A DNA stretch of 63,805 bases, filler included, from Octopus bimaculoides (GCF_001194135.2; 6 parts of 6 records of this genome joined end to end with filler, not necessarily neighbours in it), one strand, 5' to 3'. Shown: positions 37,950 to 49,914, counted from the first letter of the whole stretch. Numbers and translations are program-made. Notes: generated by a model not told the origin, from the letters alone.

Positions 37950-40160
37950 AGTACTATTTTGTTAAAGCGCATCTACTAAGCAGTATGAACTGTGTTTAAG
38001 GCAGATACACACAGCGTGTATCACTCCGCTATAGACACTGTTTGTAAACATGTCAAATAAAGTAAACACGTAGAAACATAATGCCTTCAGTGAGTTGTTT
38101 ATTATCCCATAAAGAACAAAAGAATACATAACACAGTTTCACCCAACCGAACGGCATTTGGAAAATAAAGACGTTTTTGTACAGCTGTTGAATTTTCCAT
38201 TTCGGCACTACGCTTCCTGATCCCGTCGAAGAATCGAAGCTTGCACATCACCCGACAACGAAACAGAACTGAGAATTTCTGCGAACACAATGGCTCTCCC
38301 AGATCAGAATCCAGCGGCGAACATATCTCCTACCGACATGGCATTCCAGACAGCGATTCCTTCCACCAACCCTTTCCTTTCGTCGTTCAGTGATTCGGAA
38401 ATTTCCGACTTGCGTGCTTTGGTCACTCAGCGGGTTTCACAGATACAGGCCTTGACTGACCAGATACAAGCCCTATCGCGTGGTATCCAGCGTCAAAGCA
38501 GCAGCCGATCGCATCGATATGGTAGACGATCCCGAAGCCCCAGTGCTACCCGCAACTCACATGAAACATGTTGGTACCACCGAAAATTCGGAACACGAGC
38601 GCAAAGATGCNNNNNNNNNNNNNNNNNNNNNNNNNNNNNNNNNNNNNNNNNNNNNNNNNNNNNNNNNNNNNNNNNNNNNNNNNNNNNNNNNNNNNNNNNN
38701 NNNNNNNNNNNNNNNNNNNNNNNNNNNNNNNNNNNNNNNNNNNNNNNNNNNNNNNNNNNNNNNNNNNNNNNNNNNNNNNNNNNNNNNNNNNNNNNNNNNN
38801 NNNNNNNNNNNNNNNNNNNNNNNNNNNNNNNNNNNNNNNNNNNNNNNNNNNNNNNNNNNNNNNNNNNNNNNNNNNNNNNNNNNNNNNNNNNNNNNNNNNN
38901 NNNNNNNNNNNNNNNNNNNNNNNNNNNNNNNNNNNNNNNNNNNNNNNNNNNNNNNNNNNNNNNNNNNNNNNNNNNNNNNNNNNNNNNNNNNNNNNNNNNN
39001 NNNNNNNNNNNNNNNNNCTTGTCGACAGCACCACACAGCTTACTGTGCGCGGCATAGCCGCTCGAATGGCCACAGTCAGCCCAACTATATTGTTCACAAC
39101 GACAACTCGCCACAGTGCCATCCTGAAAGAATATCCGGACGTCGCTCGACCAGTATTCCACAACCAGCCAATAAACCACGAAGTCACCCACCACATCAAA
39201 ACTAGCGGTCCACCTGTTGCTGCAAGACCCAGAAGGTTACCACCTGATCGTCTCAAGGCCGTTAAGCGGGAATTCCAGCACATGCTCGAATCATTCGCCC
39301 GTCCAGCAGCAACTGGTCCTCGCCAATACACTACGTCCCCAAAAAATCATCGACCGATTGGCGAGTTTGCGGTGATTACCGATCGCTGAATAAAAGTACC
39401 GTCAGTGATGCATATCCAGTCCCCTATTTGCAGGATTTTTCTAGCTCGCTGCATAGAGCTCGCGTCTTTTCCAAGATCGACCTTACAACCAAATCCCAGT
39501 GGAACCTGCGGACATACACAAAACAGCAGTTACGACACCCTTCGGAATGGTTGAATTCCTGCGTATGCTTTTAGGTTTACGCAACGCGGCACAGACATTC
39601 CAAAGGTTTATCGGTATGGTAACTAGAGGTTTACCTTTCGTCTATGCCTATATAGACAACATACTTGTGGCCAGTAGCTCGGACGAAGAACATGACCAAC
39701 ACCTGCACCTGTTATTCGAACGCCTGCGCAAATATGGTGTTGTTATCAACCCCAGCAAGTGTTCTTTCGGAGTTGCTTCCCTTCATTTTCTCGGGCACAT
39801 CGTCGATAAAGATGGCATTCGTCCCCTTCCCAAGAAAGTCAAAGCCATCGTGGATTTTCCACCACCCCTATCTCTCCGCAAATTAAGGGAATACCTCGGT
39901 CTAGCGAATTTCTATCGAAGGTTCGTACCCCACCTCGCTGAGATAGCGCAACCGCTCACGGATTCGCTACGTCAGCGAACTTGCAAAAATACGAATATTA
40001 CTTTGAATGAAGATCAACTCGCCTCTTTCGCTGACCTGAAAAAAGCGTTATCCAACGCTACCATGTTGGTTTATCCAAAACCTGACACCCCACCATGTTT
40101 ACTCGTTGATGCATCCGATTCCGGAGTTGGAGGTGTGCTACAGCAAATTGTTGACGGCAT
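37950..40160 (+). mobile_element. Ty3/Gypsy LTR retrotransposon remnant (CHCC-Gag, CsRn1-like); 3' part lost
   Basis: Gag knuckle CWYHRKFGTRAQRC; RPRRLPPDRLKAVKREF; KTAVTTPFG...LGLRNAAQTFQRFI; YAYIDNILVAS; RNase H start LLVDASDSGVGGVLQQ. The 5' LTR boundary is uncertain. Confidence 0.9.
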
Positions 40161-40760
40161 ATTCATTTTATTTTCATTTTATCTAGTTTCAGCTCATGAG
40201 CTGTGGCCATGCTGGGGCGCCGCCATTTGGTGTTGCTACACAATTTTACTTCACGAATTTTACTTCAGGAATTGACATTTGGTGCATGAGAGAGTTTGAT
40301 GCAGCTGCCCTCATCTGCACCTGTGGTCGCGAAGTTGGTTCATCTGGGACACCTGACAGGAAGAGGTCCAGCCTCATCCTGAAGACACCTACATCCACCC
40401 CATGCAGGTCTCTCAGGTCCTTCGGGAGGATATTGAAGAGCTGTGGACCTCTGAAGCCCAGGCTATTGCAGTATCTTGTCCTACATCTTGATGGCAATTT
40501 TGGAGTCCTTGGCACTACGCAATGGCGTCCAATTCTTTTATTTGTGTAACTTTCGATGCCAAAGTTTGGGACAATTCCTTCGAAGATCTTCCAGATGTAT
40601 ATTATGGCATATCTTTCTCGCCTACGCTCTAAGGAATAGAGTCTTAATCTCTTGAGTCTTATATGTTGCATAGAGGCTATCTTCTTCGTGTAGCTTCGTT
40701 GGATTGCCTCAAGTTCTGAGATTAATTTGACACTGGTTGGTGACCATAGGGGTTGCAATC
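40161..40760 (-). mobile_element. 3' end of a CR1/L2-group LINE with stem-loop tail
   Basis: ELEAIQRSYTKKI, RLRLYSLERRRERYAIIYIWKI, GPQLFNILPK, LDLFLSGVPDEP; tail ...cagctcatgagctgaaactagataaaatgaaaataaaat. Confidence 0.88.
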
Positions 40761-40894
40761 CTCTGTTTGTTGAGATAGGTTGTGTTTTTGTGAGCTCCTG
40801 GTGAGATGTATTAATTTTGCCTGTTGCAGGATGTTTTTGTTGTGGAAGGTTGTTTTACAACTTGGATAGTGTTATTGCGATATTGTTTTTAATT

Positions 40895-41287
40895 TGATGC
40901 TGAGCGTTGCGAAAGGCCGATCACAGCTGCGGAGGTGCTTTCTGAATGCCCTGGGGATAAGTCTCCGGGACTTGATGGTTTACCTTACGAATTTTATAGA
41001 AGTATGCCAGAGTTGTTCGGGGAAATACTGGCTGGTGTGTATGCGAACTGGCAGCAGAATGAGAGAATTCCCAAATCTGTGAGCCGGGGAGTTGTGACAC
41101 TAGTCAAAAAAGACTCGAGCAAGGGGGATAATATTAATAATTTTCGGCCGATAACTCTGTTAAGTACAGAGTTAAAGATTTTTGGCCAGAGTGTTAGCCA
41201 AGAGAGTTAGGGTTGTCGTGGACGACCTGGTAGGGCGGGCACAAACCTGTGCCATCCCTGGAAGGACGATACACGACAACCTTCACC
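40895..41287 (+). mobile_element. L1/Tx1-clade RT fragment
   Basis: CPGDKSPGLDGLPYEFY...WQQNERIP...NFRPITLLSTELKI...QTCAIPGRTIHDNLH. Confidence 0.88.
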
Positions 41288-41388
41288 NNNNNNNNNNNNN
41301 NNNNNNNNNNNNNNNNNNNNNNNNNNNNNNNNNNNNNNNNNNNNNNNNNNNNNNNNNNNNNNNNNNNNNNNNNNNNNNNNNNNNNNNG

Positions 41389-42212
41389 AATTACTAATAT
41401 CATTCTTAAAAAATTTTAAATTACCTATGTTATGTTTATGGAAATATTTGGGTTTATTTCTCTTATTTTCATTGAGTTTATTCTTCTTATTATTATTACT
41501 GTCATCTGCCTTAACTTTATTGCTATCATTTTCAATATAGTAAACCTCTTTATAACCAGCCTTATTTAATGCTGAATTATAGAAATGAGCTTCATTATTA
41601 AAAACCATATTATTAGCAGAAAATCTAGAGAGTCTTAATGAAATATTTTTAACTAAATTATCAATAATAGCTCTAGGATGGTTACTTGATTTATTTATAT
41701 ACTTTAGGTTAGTTAAAGGTTTATGGTATGGTCTATATGTCTCATTTTTAATATCTAATGTTACATCTAAAAAATTTGTTACTGAAATATCATCTTCATA
41801 AACTATACTCATCCCCATTCTACTAAAAAATCTAGCCAGTCTACCCTTAATCCTCTGCAGTTCCTGGTTAGAGCAATTCCTAACATATAAAAGGCAGTCA
41901 TTTCTATATAGACCCCCCCTAATCATAGGGAATTGATCATTTAATTCATAAAGAATAAATGAACCCACCATATCAGCTATTTGAGCTGAGTCTGAGCTTC
42001 CCATGGGGACATCGAAAGCATCTGGTGTATCCTTTCTTATCCATATCTTATCGTTAAAACTAATAAAAGATTTTCTAGCAGCTGTTATTACTTTAAATTC
42101 TTCTCTAGTAAGTCCAGCCTTCTTATGGAAAAACCACATTGCCTTATTTAATATTATTGGATTAATCGATCTATAAAAATTAGCTATATCAAATTGAATA
42201 AATTTAGTGTTT
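41389..42212 (-). mobile_element. Penelope-like RT fragment, open frame between two gaps
   Basis: FIQFDIANFYRSI, FDVPMGSSDSAQIADMVG, GLYRNDCL (the DD motif reads ND), NFLDVTLD, YINKSSNHP. Confidence 0.9.
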
Positions 42213-42453
42213 NNNNNNNNNNNNNNNNNNNNNNNNNNNNNNNNNNNNNNNNNNNNNNNNNNNNNNNNNNNNNNNNNNNNNNNNNNNNNNNNNNNNNNNN
42301 NNNNNNNNNNNNNNNNNNNNNNNNNNNNNNNNNNNNNNNNNNNNNNNNNNNNNNNNNNNNNNNNNNNNNNNNNNNNNNNNNNNNNNNNNNNNNNNNNNNN
42401 NNNNNNNNNNNNNNNNNNNNNNNNNNNNNNNTACATATATATATATATATATA

Positions 42454-42788
42454 GGCGTAGGAGTGGCTGTGTGGTAAGTAGCTTCCTTATGAACCACATG
42501 GGTCTGGGTCTAGTCCCACTGCATGGTGCCTTGGGAAAGTGTCTTCTACTATAGCCTCGGGCCGACCAAAGCCTTGTGAGTGGATTTGGTAGATGGAAAC
42601 TAAAAGAAGCCTGCTGTATATATGTATGTGTTTATGTTCCCGTAACTTAGCAGTTCAGCAAAAGAGACTGATAGAATAAGTACTAGGCTTTCAAAAAATA
42701 AGTCCTGGAGTTGATTTGCTCGAGTTAAGGCAGTGGTCCAGCATGGCCACAATCAAATGACTGAAACAAATAAAAGAGTAAAAGAGTA
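42454..42788 (+). mobile_element. Full-length tRNA-derived SINE family B with L2-like tail
   Basis: tRNA-like head, body, then tail ccagcatggccac...tgactgaaacaaataaaagagtaaaagag. Confidence 0.88.
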
Positions 42789-42824
42789 TATATGCACACA
42801 CACAGGGAAATATATTCTTTTCTA

Positions 42825-43020
42825 CTGCAGGCACACGGCCCAAAATGTTGGTGGGAGGAGGCCAGTCGATTAGATCGACACCAGTATGCGACTGGAACTT
42901 AATTTATCGACCCCGAAAGGATGAAAGGCAAAGTCGACCTCAGCGGAATTCAAACTCAGAACGTAAAAAGAGACAAAATACTGCTAAGCATTTTGCCTGA
43001 CGCTTCTGCTAGCTCACCTT
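42825..43020 (-). mobile_element. SINE family A
   Basis: atcgaccccgaaaggatgaaaggcaaagtcgacc core with CpGs retained. Confidence 0.85.
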
Positions 43021-43050
43021 TTTTATATTTGTATNNNNNNNNNNTATATT

Positions 43051-43092
<42 letters not shown>

Positions 43093-43169
43093 AATAGGTA
43101 GGGAAGGTATGTATATGTGTGTGTGTGTATGTATATATGTATGTATGTATATGTGCATGTGTATGAGTG

Positions 43170-43218
<49 letters not shown>

Positions 43219-43220
43219 TA

Positions 43221-45248
43221 AAGCCCCCGGCGCATCAGGAATATGAAGACAGGGAAAGCCCCCGGCCCATCAGGAATCACTGCAGAGATGCTCAAAATAT
43301 CTGGTGGTCTCGGCTATAGCCTAGTCACCTATATTGCAAACCAAGTGATACACAAAGGAGTCATACCCAATGACTGGTGTAGCAGCACCATAGTCAACTG
43401 CTACAAAGGTAGATACAAATAATTACAGAGGTATCAAGAATGGATGAGGATAGCTGCGTGAAAAAGTAATGAAAGTCACGGAGAGGGTCATAGCCCAACT
43501 AATTAAGGAGCGAGTCAGTTTAGATGAGATGCAGTTTGGGTTCATGCCACTGATGCTATATTTCTGGTAAGACAGCTGCAGGAGAAATACCTAGCCAAGG
43601 ATAAGCCTCTGTACCTGGCTTTCATTGACATGGAGAAAGCCTTTGACAGGGTCCCCCAATCCCTTATCTGGTGGTCAATCAGGAAACTTGGGAGAGAAGA
43701 ATGGTTAGTGAGAGCTGTGCAAGCCATGTACAGAGATGCTGTCAGTAAGGTGAGGGTTGGAAATGAGTACGGTGATGAATTCCAGGTAGAGGTAGGGGTC
43801 CACCAAGGTTCTGTCCTCAGCCTCCTTCTATTTATCATAGTCCTCCAGGCTATAACAGAGGAATTCAAGACAGGANNNNNNNNNNAACCTAGCTAAAACC
43901 AAAGTCCTAATAAGTAGGAAGGTAGATAAAACACAAACCCCTTCAGGGAGATGGCCCTGCTCGATCTGTAGAAAAGGTGTAGGTAGAAACTCTGTAAGAT
44001 GTACCCAGTGCAAGCTATGGACACATAAGAGGTGCAGCAATATCAAAGGCAGGTTAAATAGGAAGTTAGTTTTTGTATGTGGCAGATGTTCAGGTGCAAT
44101 AAACACTGTAAATATGCAGGAAACTAATTCTGTCTCATTCCAGGGAGAAAAACTAGAGGTAGTTGATAGCTTCTGCAATCTGGGTGACCAAGTTAGTAGT
44201 GGGGGTGGGTGCACTAAAAGTGTCGCTACTAGAATAAGAATAGCCTGGGCAAAGTTCAGAGAGCTCTTACCTCTGCTGGCGACTAAGGGACTCTCACTCA
44301 GAATAAAAGGCAGACTGTATGACGCATGTGTACGGACAGCCATGCTACATGGCAGTGAAACATGGGCCGTGACTACTGAGGACATGCGTAAGCTCGCAAG
44401 GAATGAAGCCAGTATGCTCCGATGGATGAGTAATGTCAGTGTGCATACTCGACAGAGTGTATCTTGAGAGAAAAGTTGAACATAAGAAGAATCAGTTGTG
44501 GTGTGCAAGAGGGACGATTGCGCTGGTATGGAAATGTGGCAAGAATGGATGAGGATAGCTGCGTGAAAAAGTGCTAGACCCAAATGGTTGAGGGAACCCG
44601 TGGAAGAGGCAGGCCTAGGAAGACCTGGGATGAGGTGGTGAAGCACGACCTCCAAACATTAGGTCTCACCGAGGCAATGACTTATGACTGTGACCTTTGG
44701 AAATATGCTGTGCGTGAGAAGACCCGGCAAGCCAAGTGAGACCAAAATCCAAGGCCTCTGCTAGGGATGTAGCCAGCCCACTTACGNNNNNNNNNNAAGT
44801 GAGACCAAAATCCAAGGCCTCTGCTAGGGATGTAGCCAGCCCACTTACGCGTAACATTCCTTCATTGGACACTAAACTCCACTTGCGAAGACATGGTGCG
44901 GCAAGTGAAATCGGAATCAAACTAAATTTTTAGGAACACTAAACTCGGCTTGCCACGACCTGTTGGAGCAAGCGAAAGCGAAATCGAGATGGCACCTGTA
45001 CCAGTGTGGCACTTAAATAGCACCAGCATGATCGTTACCAACATCGCCTTCCTGGCACTTGTGCCAGTGGCACGTGAAAAGACATCCGAGCAAGATCGTT
45101 GCCACTCTCGGAGTGGTTGGCGTTAGGAAGGGCATCCAGCTGTAGAAACTCCAAATCAGATTGGAGCCTGGTGTCACCTCCTGGTCCACCAGTCCTCAGT
45201 CAAATCGTCCAACCCATGCTAGCATGGAAAGCGGAGGTTAAATGATGA
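43221..45248 (+). mobile_element. 5'-truncated RTE LINE, same family as 10484-13950
   Basis: MEKAFDRVP, HQGSVLS, PHD finger, MLHGSETW, GRPRKTWDEVV; 3' UTR ending ggaggttaaatgatgat. Confidence 0.93.
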
Positions 45249-45540
45249 TATATATATATATATATGGATATGTATATATATATATGTGTATATATATATA
45301 TGTGTATATATATATATGTGTATATATATATATATATGTGTATATATATATATATGTGTATATATATATATGTGTATATATATATATATATCTATATGTG
45401 TATATATATATATGTGTATATATATATATATATGTGTANNNNNNNNNNNNNNNNNNNNNNNNNNNNNNNNNNNNNNNNNNNNTTAATTAATTAANNNNNN
45501 NNNNNNNNNNNNNNNNNNNNNNNNNNNNNNNNNNNNNNAA

Positions 45541-45609
45541 GGAGCGAAGAGAGAAGATTAATCCCTATTCACGACGCAAACGGGAGTCCGGATGGCCCCT
45601 GTGCATGGA
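45541..45609 (+). pseudogene. U6 snRNA-like fragment interrupted by a 29-nt insertion
   Basis: ggagcgaagagagaagatta matches U6 GGAACGATACAGAGAAGATTA at 18/21; ggatggcccctgtgcatgga matches GCATGGCCCCTGCGCAAGGA at 17/20 (U6 sequence from memory). Colinear; the 5' side is in a gap. Confidence 0.6.
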
Positions 45610-45662
45610 CAATCCAAACACAGACAGGTGTTGCTGCAAAGAGTGGCCGACATATATATATA

Positions 45663-45881
45663 TATGAGGAGGTGCTGAAAAATTCCTGGCTTTTGATAAA
45701 AGAAAATACAGGAGGATCAATTAATTATGATTTTATTCAGCATATTCTCCTCTCAGATTCACACACTTATTGCAGCAGTCTTCCAGTTTTTCTAAGCCCC
45801 GTAAAAGAACTCGGAAGTTTGGACCTCCAACCAGGCCTTTCGTGACACCCTTAACCAAGGAGCTTTTCAGTACCCCCCTCG

Positions 45882-45883
<2 letters not shown>
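45663..45883 (-). mobile_element. Mariner-derived MITE, second copy
   Basis: Reverse complement of 31771-31990 with both TIRs; ends cccctcgta. Confidence 0.88.
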
Positions 45884-45923
<40 letters not shown>

Positions 45924-46559
45924 TACATATATAATGCATTGTGGTGGTTGTTGTTGTTGTTATAGTTTTTAATGGTGGTGGTGGTGTTGCTAATGCCATT
46001 GCTGGTTAGGATGATTTAGCCTCAGATCATAATAAATCCAACAACTAACCTACTGTCAAAGATATTCCCCCCATGGCAATCACTACTTTTTAGCAGACAT
46101 ACGTCTTTCTCAATTGTCACGTGATAGACATATAGAAATAACGATAATTGTTACAAAAAGCAAAAAGAAAAAAACACCGCATTTCCTTTCTGGCAGAGCC
46201 TTGTCATATCACACGGATGACGTCACTGTCGTCTGTTTAACTTTGCAGAAACCAGAGTCGATAAGCACCGGGATCTTCATTCATCATTTGGATTTTAGAG
46301 AACGACGAGACGGAGAGATAGTAGAAGTTTACAATTAATTAATCGATCAGTTCACTTTGTCTTTTGCAACAGAAAATGAGTGGTGGGATGAGGAGGGGAA
46401 AAGAAGAGCCGACTGACGATATGAAACACAGCAAGATTATTAAATGGCAACTGGTTAAGATGGGCGGAACAAAAACGAAATATTTATATTTAGGTCAGAT
46501 CAGATATTTCATGATGGATAAAAGGGATGACAAATCCTTCAGGTGAATACACACACACA

Positions 46560-46608
<49 letters not shown>

Positions 46609-47444
46609 GTGTGTGTGTGTGTGTATATATATATGTGTGAGTATATATATATATATATANNNNNNNNNNNNNNNNNNNNNNNNNNNNNNNNNNNNNNNNN
46701 NNNNNNNNNNNNNNNNNNNNNNNNNNNNNNNNNNNNNNNNNNNNNNNNNNNNNNNNNNNNNNNNNNNNNNNNNNNNNNNNNNNNNNNNNNNNNNNNNNNN
46801 NNNNNNNNNNNNNNNNNNNNNNNNNNNNNNNNNNNNNNNNNNNNNNNNNNNNNNNNNNNNNNNNNNNNNNNNNNNNNNNNNNNNNNNNNNNNNNNNNNNN
46901 NNNNNNNNNNNNNNNNNNNNNNNNNNNNNNNNNNNNNNNNNNNNNNNNNNNNNNNNNNNNNNNNNNNNNNNNNNNNNNNNNNNNNNNNNNNNNNNNNNNN
47001 NNNNNNNNNNNNNNNNNNNNNNNNNNNNNNNNNNNNNNNNNNNNNNNNNNNNNNNNNNNNNNNNNNNNNNNNNNNNNNNNNNNNNNNNNNNNNNNNNNNN
47101 NNNNNNNNNNNNNNNNNNNNNNNNNNNNNNNNNNNNNNNNNNNNNNNNNNNNNNNNNNNNNNNNNNNNNNNNNNNNNNNNNNNNNNNNNNNNNNNNNNNN
47201 NNNNNNNNNNNNNNNNNNNNNNNNNNNNNNNNNNNNNNNNNNNNNNNNNNNNNNNNNNNNNNNNNNNNNNNNNNNNNNNNNNNNNNNNNNNNNNNNNNNN
47301 NNNNNNNNNNNNNNNNNNNNNNNNNNNNNNNNNNNNNNNNNNNNNNNNNNNNNNNNNNNNNNNNNNNNNNNNNNNNNNNNNNNNNNNNNNNNNNNNNNNN
47401 NNNNNNNNNNNNNNNNNNNNNNNNNNNNNNNNNNNNNNNNNNNN

Positions 47445-47480
<36 letters not shown>

Positions 47481-48079
47481 TCTCTTACAAATAATGTAAG
47501 TTTGACAATAAATTAGTGACGATAATTAAATAATACCTTATACAGCACATAGTTTTACCTCTTTTCCGTATGGTTATCGCGTAATTAAATATATCTTACG
47601 TTATGGAAATAGTATTCCATTATGTACAACCAATTCCGCTTTTGAATTCAAGATTTTTGACGTTTTTTTCTTTTGTTTTTTTTTTCTCTAATTTTTATGG
47701 TTGTTCTTGTTATTTCCCCCCACATTCGGTCAATCCTGATCGAACAGATTTATAGTCAACATCAGTCCAATCATGCCAATATTGTTCTTCTTTTAATATC
47801 TGGGAACACATTACCTGAAGTGTCTTTCTATTTTTCATAACTGGAACGTGAAGCCAGATTTGGCTGCTATTTCTAGCAGGTTGAGGGACCGTGTAGAAGC
47901 TGTCTTATTTATTGCTGAATTATATTTGCTATTATTGTTGACCTTGTTATTGTTGTTGTTAGTGGTGGTGGTGGTGGCGGTGACAGCGGTGGTGGTGGTG
48001 TTGGTGTTGATAGTGTTAATTTAGCCATCTTTCGTGCTGCATTCAGAATGGATGTTTCGTTTTGTTTCCATATTCTTCG

Positions 48080-48249
48080 CTACAGAATACATCCGGTGTT
48101 AGCTGGCCAATCACAAGATTGTATTCTGTCGTTCCATGCTGTACCAGGGGAACACTTATAACTGAATGGAACCTGCCAGACACATTGAAAAAAGCTGGTG
48201 CAGTCTCTGACGTCACGGTAGATGCCAAACAAAGAAGGACATTTGAAAA
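48080..48249 (-). CDS. GH18 chitinase-family gene, terminal exon: CBM14/peritrophin-A chitin-binding domain
   Basis: Acceptor ctctctctttcag, phase 1. (V)FKCPSLFGIYRDVRDCTSFFQCVWQVPFSYKCSPGTAWNDRIQSCDWPANTGCIL*; six Cys spaced x12,x5,x9,x12,x7. Confidence 0.93.
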
Positions 48250-49208
48250 CTGAAAGAGAGAGAATATGAAATAAATAAAAACAATATTTTGTTGTTTCAG
48301 TAATTTCTCGCTGTAGACAAATGATGTAAATATACAAAAATCAGCTCGCAGCGCGACCTACCCAGAATGTGGGACGCAAGCGTTTCGGAGTGGTTTTTTC
48401 TTCTTCAGCCACAGAAACCGTATAATTTTAGAGAAAACGTTGGGATAAATATTAACATTTCCCTATCGTCGTTGCTGTTTAAGTACAGGTCAATTCTACT
48501 TGAGAAGAATTATAACCGAAGATTCTTCAACTGTAAGCGTCACATCTTTTTAAGGGTTATATCTTGGACAGCATTCGCCAACATGTCCTTTCCTTACATA
48601 GTACAGAAAGGGGAGTTATGCGAGTAAGTCGAGTGGTCACGTCAAGTCTCTTTCAATGATTCACTGTGAACTGAGGTGTAATATGGTACATATTTACTAC
48701 TAAGCGGTAGAGTCATCTGAATTAATCACCCAGAATACTGTTGATACTTATTTTGTCGGAGTAGAATGCAGTTGAAATGTTAAGGCGTTTTGGTTTTAGT
48801 TTCAATCCCATTCCCATAGTCGGTTTTTCCCTAATCCTCTATATCCAGAAAAATCAAGCCAAGTTGACTCAGTCCACATGTCTGTAAATAGGTGCCATAG
48901 TGCGGCACAACTCACATCTACAAATAGCTAAAATACTGTATTATTAAACAGATCACAATTCATCAATGAAGAAATTATCTGACCTGCTAAAAATAGCAAA
49001 CAAATATCTCTCAAATCACATCCTAACAAAGGATACATTGAGCAATATAGACTACGATTTAGAAAAGAACTAGGTTGGAACGGCTGGCGCGCCTTTGGCC
49101 GTAGATGTAGTCCATCAAAGCTGATCCGGATTAACAGTAAAAAAACTCGGGCTTCGCCACGTTCAGTTCACTGAACTCAAAGTATTCGTGAAAGTATTTT
49201 GTACCTAC

Positions 49209-49914
49209 CTTCTGTCAAAGAATCTTCTTGTTTGAGTTTACCTGTAGAAGTCTCAGTTTCTTCATCACAAGGTAATATTTTTTCAGGTTCTGGAGTCGTT
49301 GGCAATGAAGATGGTTTGGAAGTGGAATGAAGATTCCGTACAGATTGTTCCTGTTTTAAATGAAGCGATGGTTCTTTTTTAAAAGAAAACAAACCTTTGT
49401 CTGCATTTCCTTGGAAAATATTGACTCCAGACTTAATGCTATACTCAGATTCTTGTTTAGATTTCTTTGATGTTTCTCTTTCACCGCCATTATTTCGTCC
49501 AGGAAATACAACTTCCAAAACAGGAACGTTTATCAAATTGTGATCTGAAGACCCGAAAGTTATTGGCAGTGTTTGATATTGTTTCGGAAACATGGTAGAG
49601 CTATAAGTTGTTGTTATTTGACTGTTTCGATTAGTTAAAGATATAGTATTGTCTGTGGTTGATATACTTGGCTTTATTTTCCGTTTTTGTTCCAGATTTT
49701 TCATTGGTGATTCCGTTATAAAAATGTTTGGTTCCATGGTTGTTTTCCATGTTGGATTGGTTCTGTCTGTCGTTCTAAAACCTTCATTAGGTTCTTCTAG
49801 TAATGATAATACGCCGCTGGAGAAACTATTTTGCACATCATTTTCTGTACTTGATTTATAAGGAATTGATTTTGTTGTCCGTTCCGGTTTATTCCAAAGA
49901 GAGTAGCTCAAAGT
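49209..49914 (-). CDS. GH18 chitinase-family gene, Ser/Thr/Pro-rich linker exon
   Basis: 706-nt open frame; acceptor ccttctcttgcag|ACT (phase 0), donor G|gtaggt (phase 1); phases match both neighbouring exons. Confidence 0.88.

Noticed and set aside
46110-46460. E-box (CACGTG), CRE (TGACGTCA) and two acceptor-like tracts on the plus strand
   Set aside because: Short motifs expected by chance; no consistent exon chain or protein similarity.
47908-47913. Minus-strand AATAAA ~170 nt after the chitinase stop
   Set aside because: Plausible poly(A) signal, but it abuts repeat-like sequence in AT-rich DNA and cannot be supported without 3'-end data.
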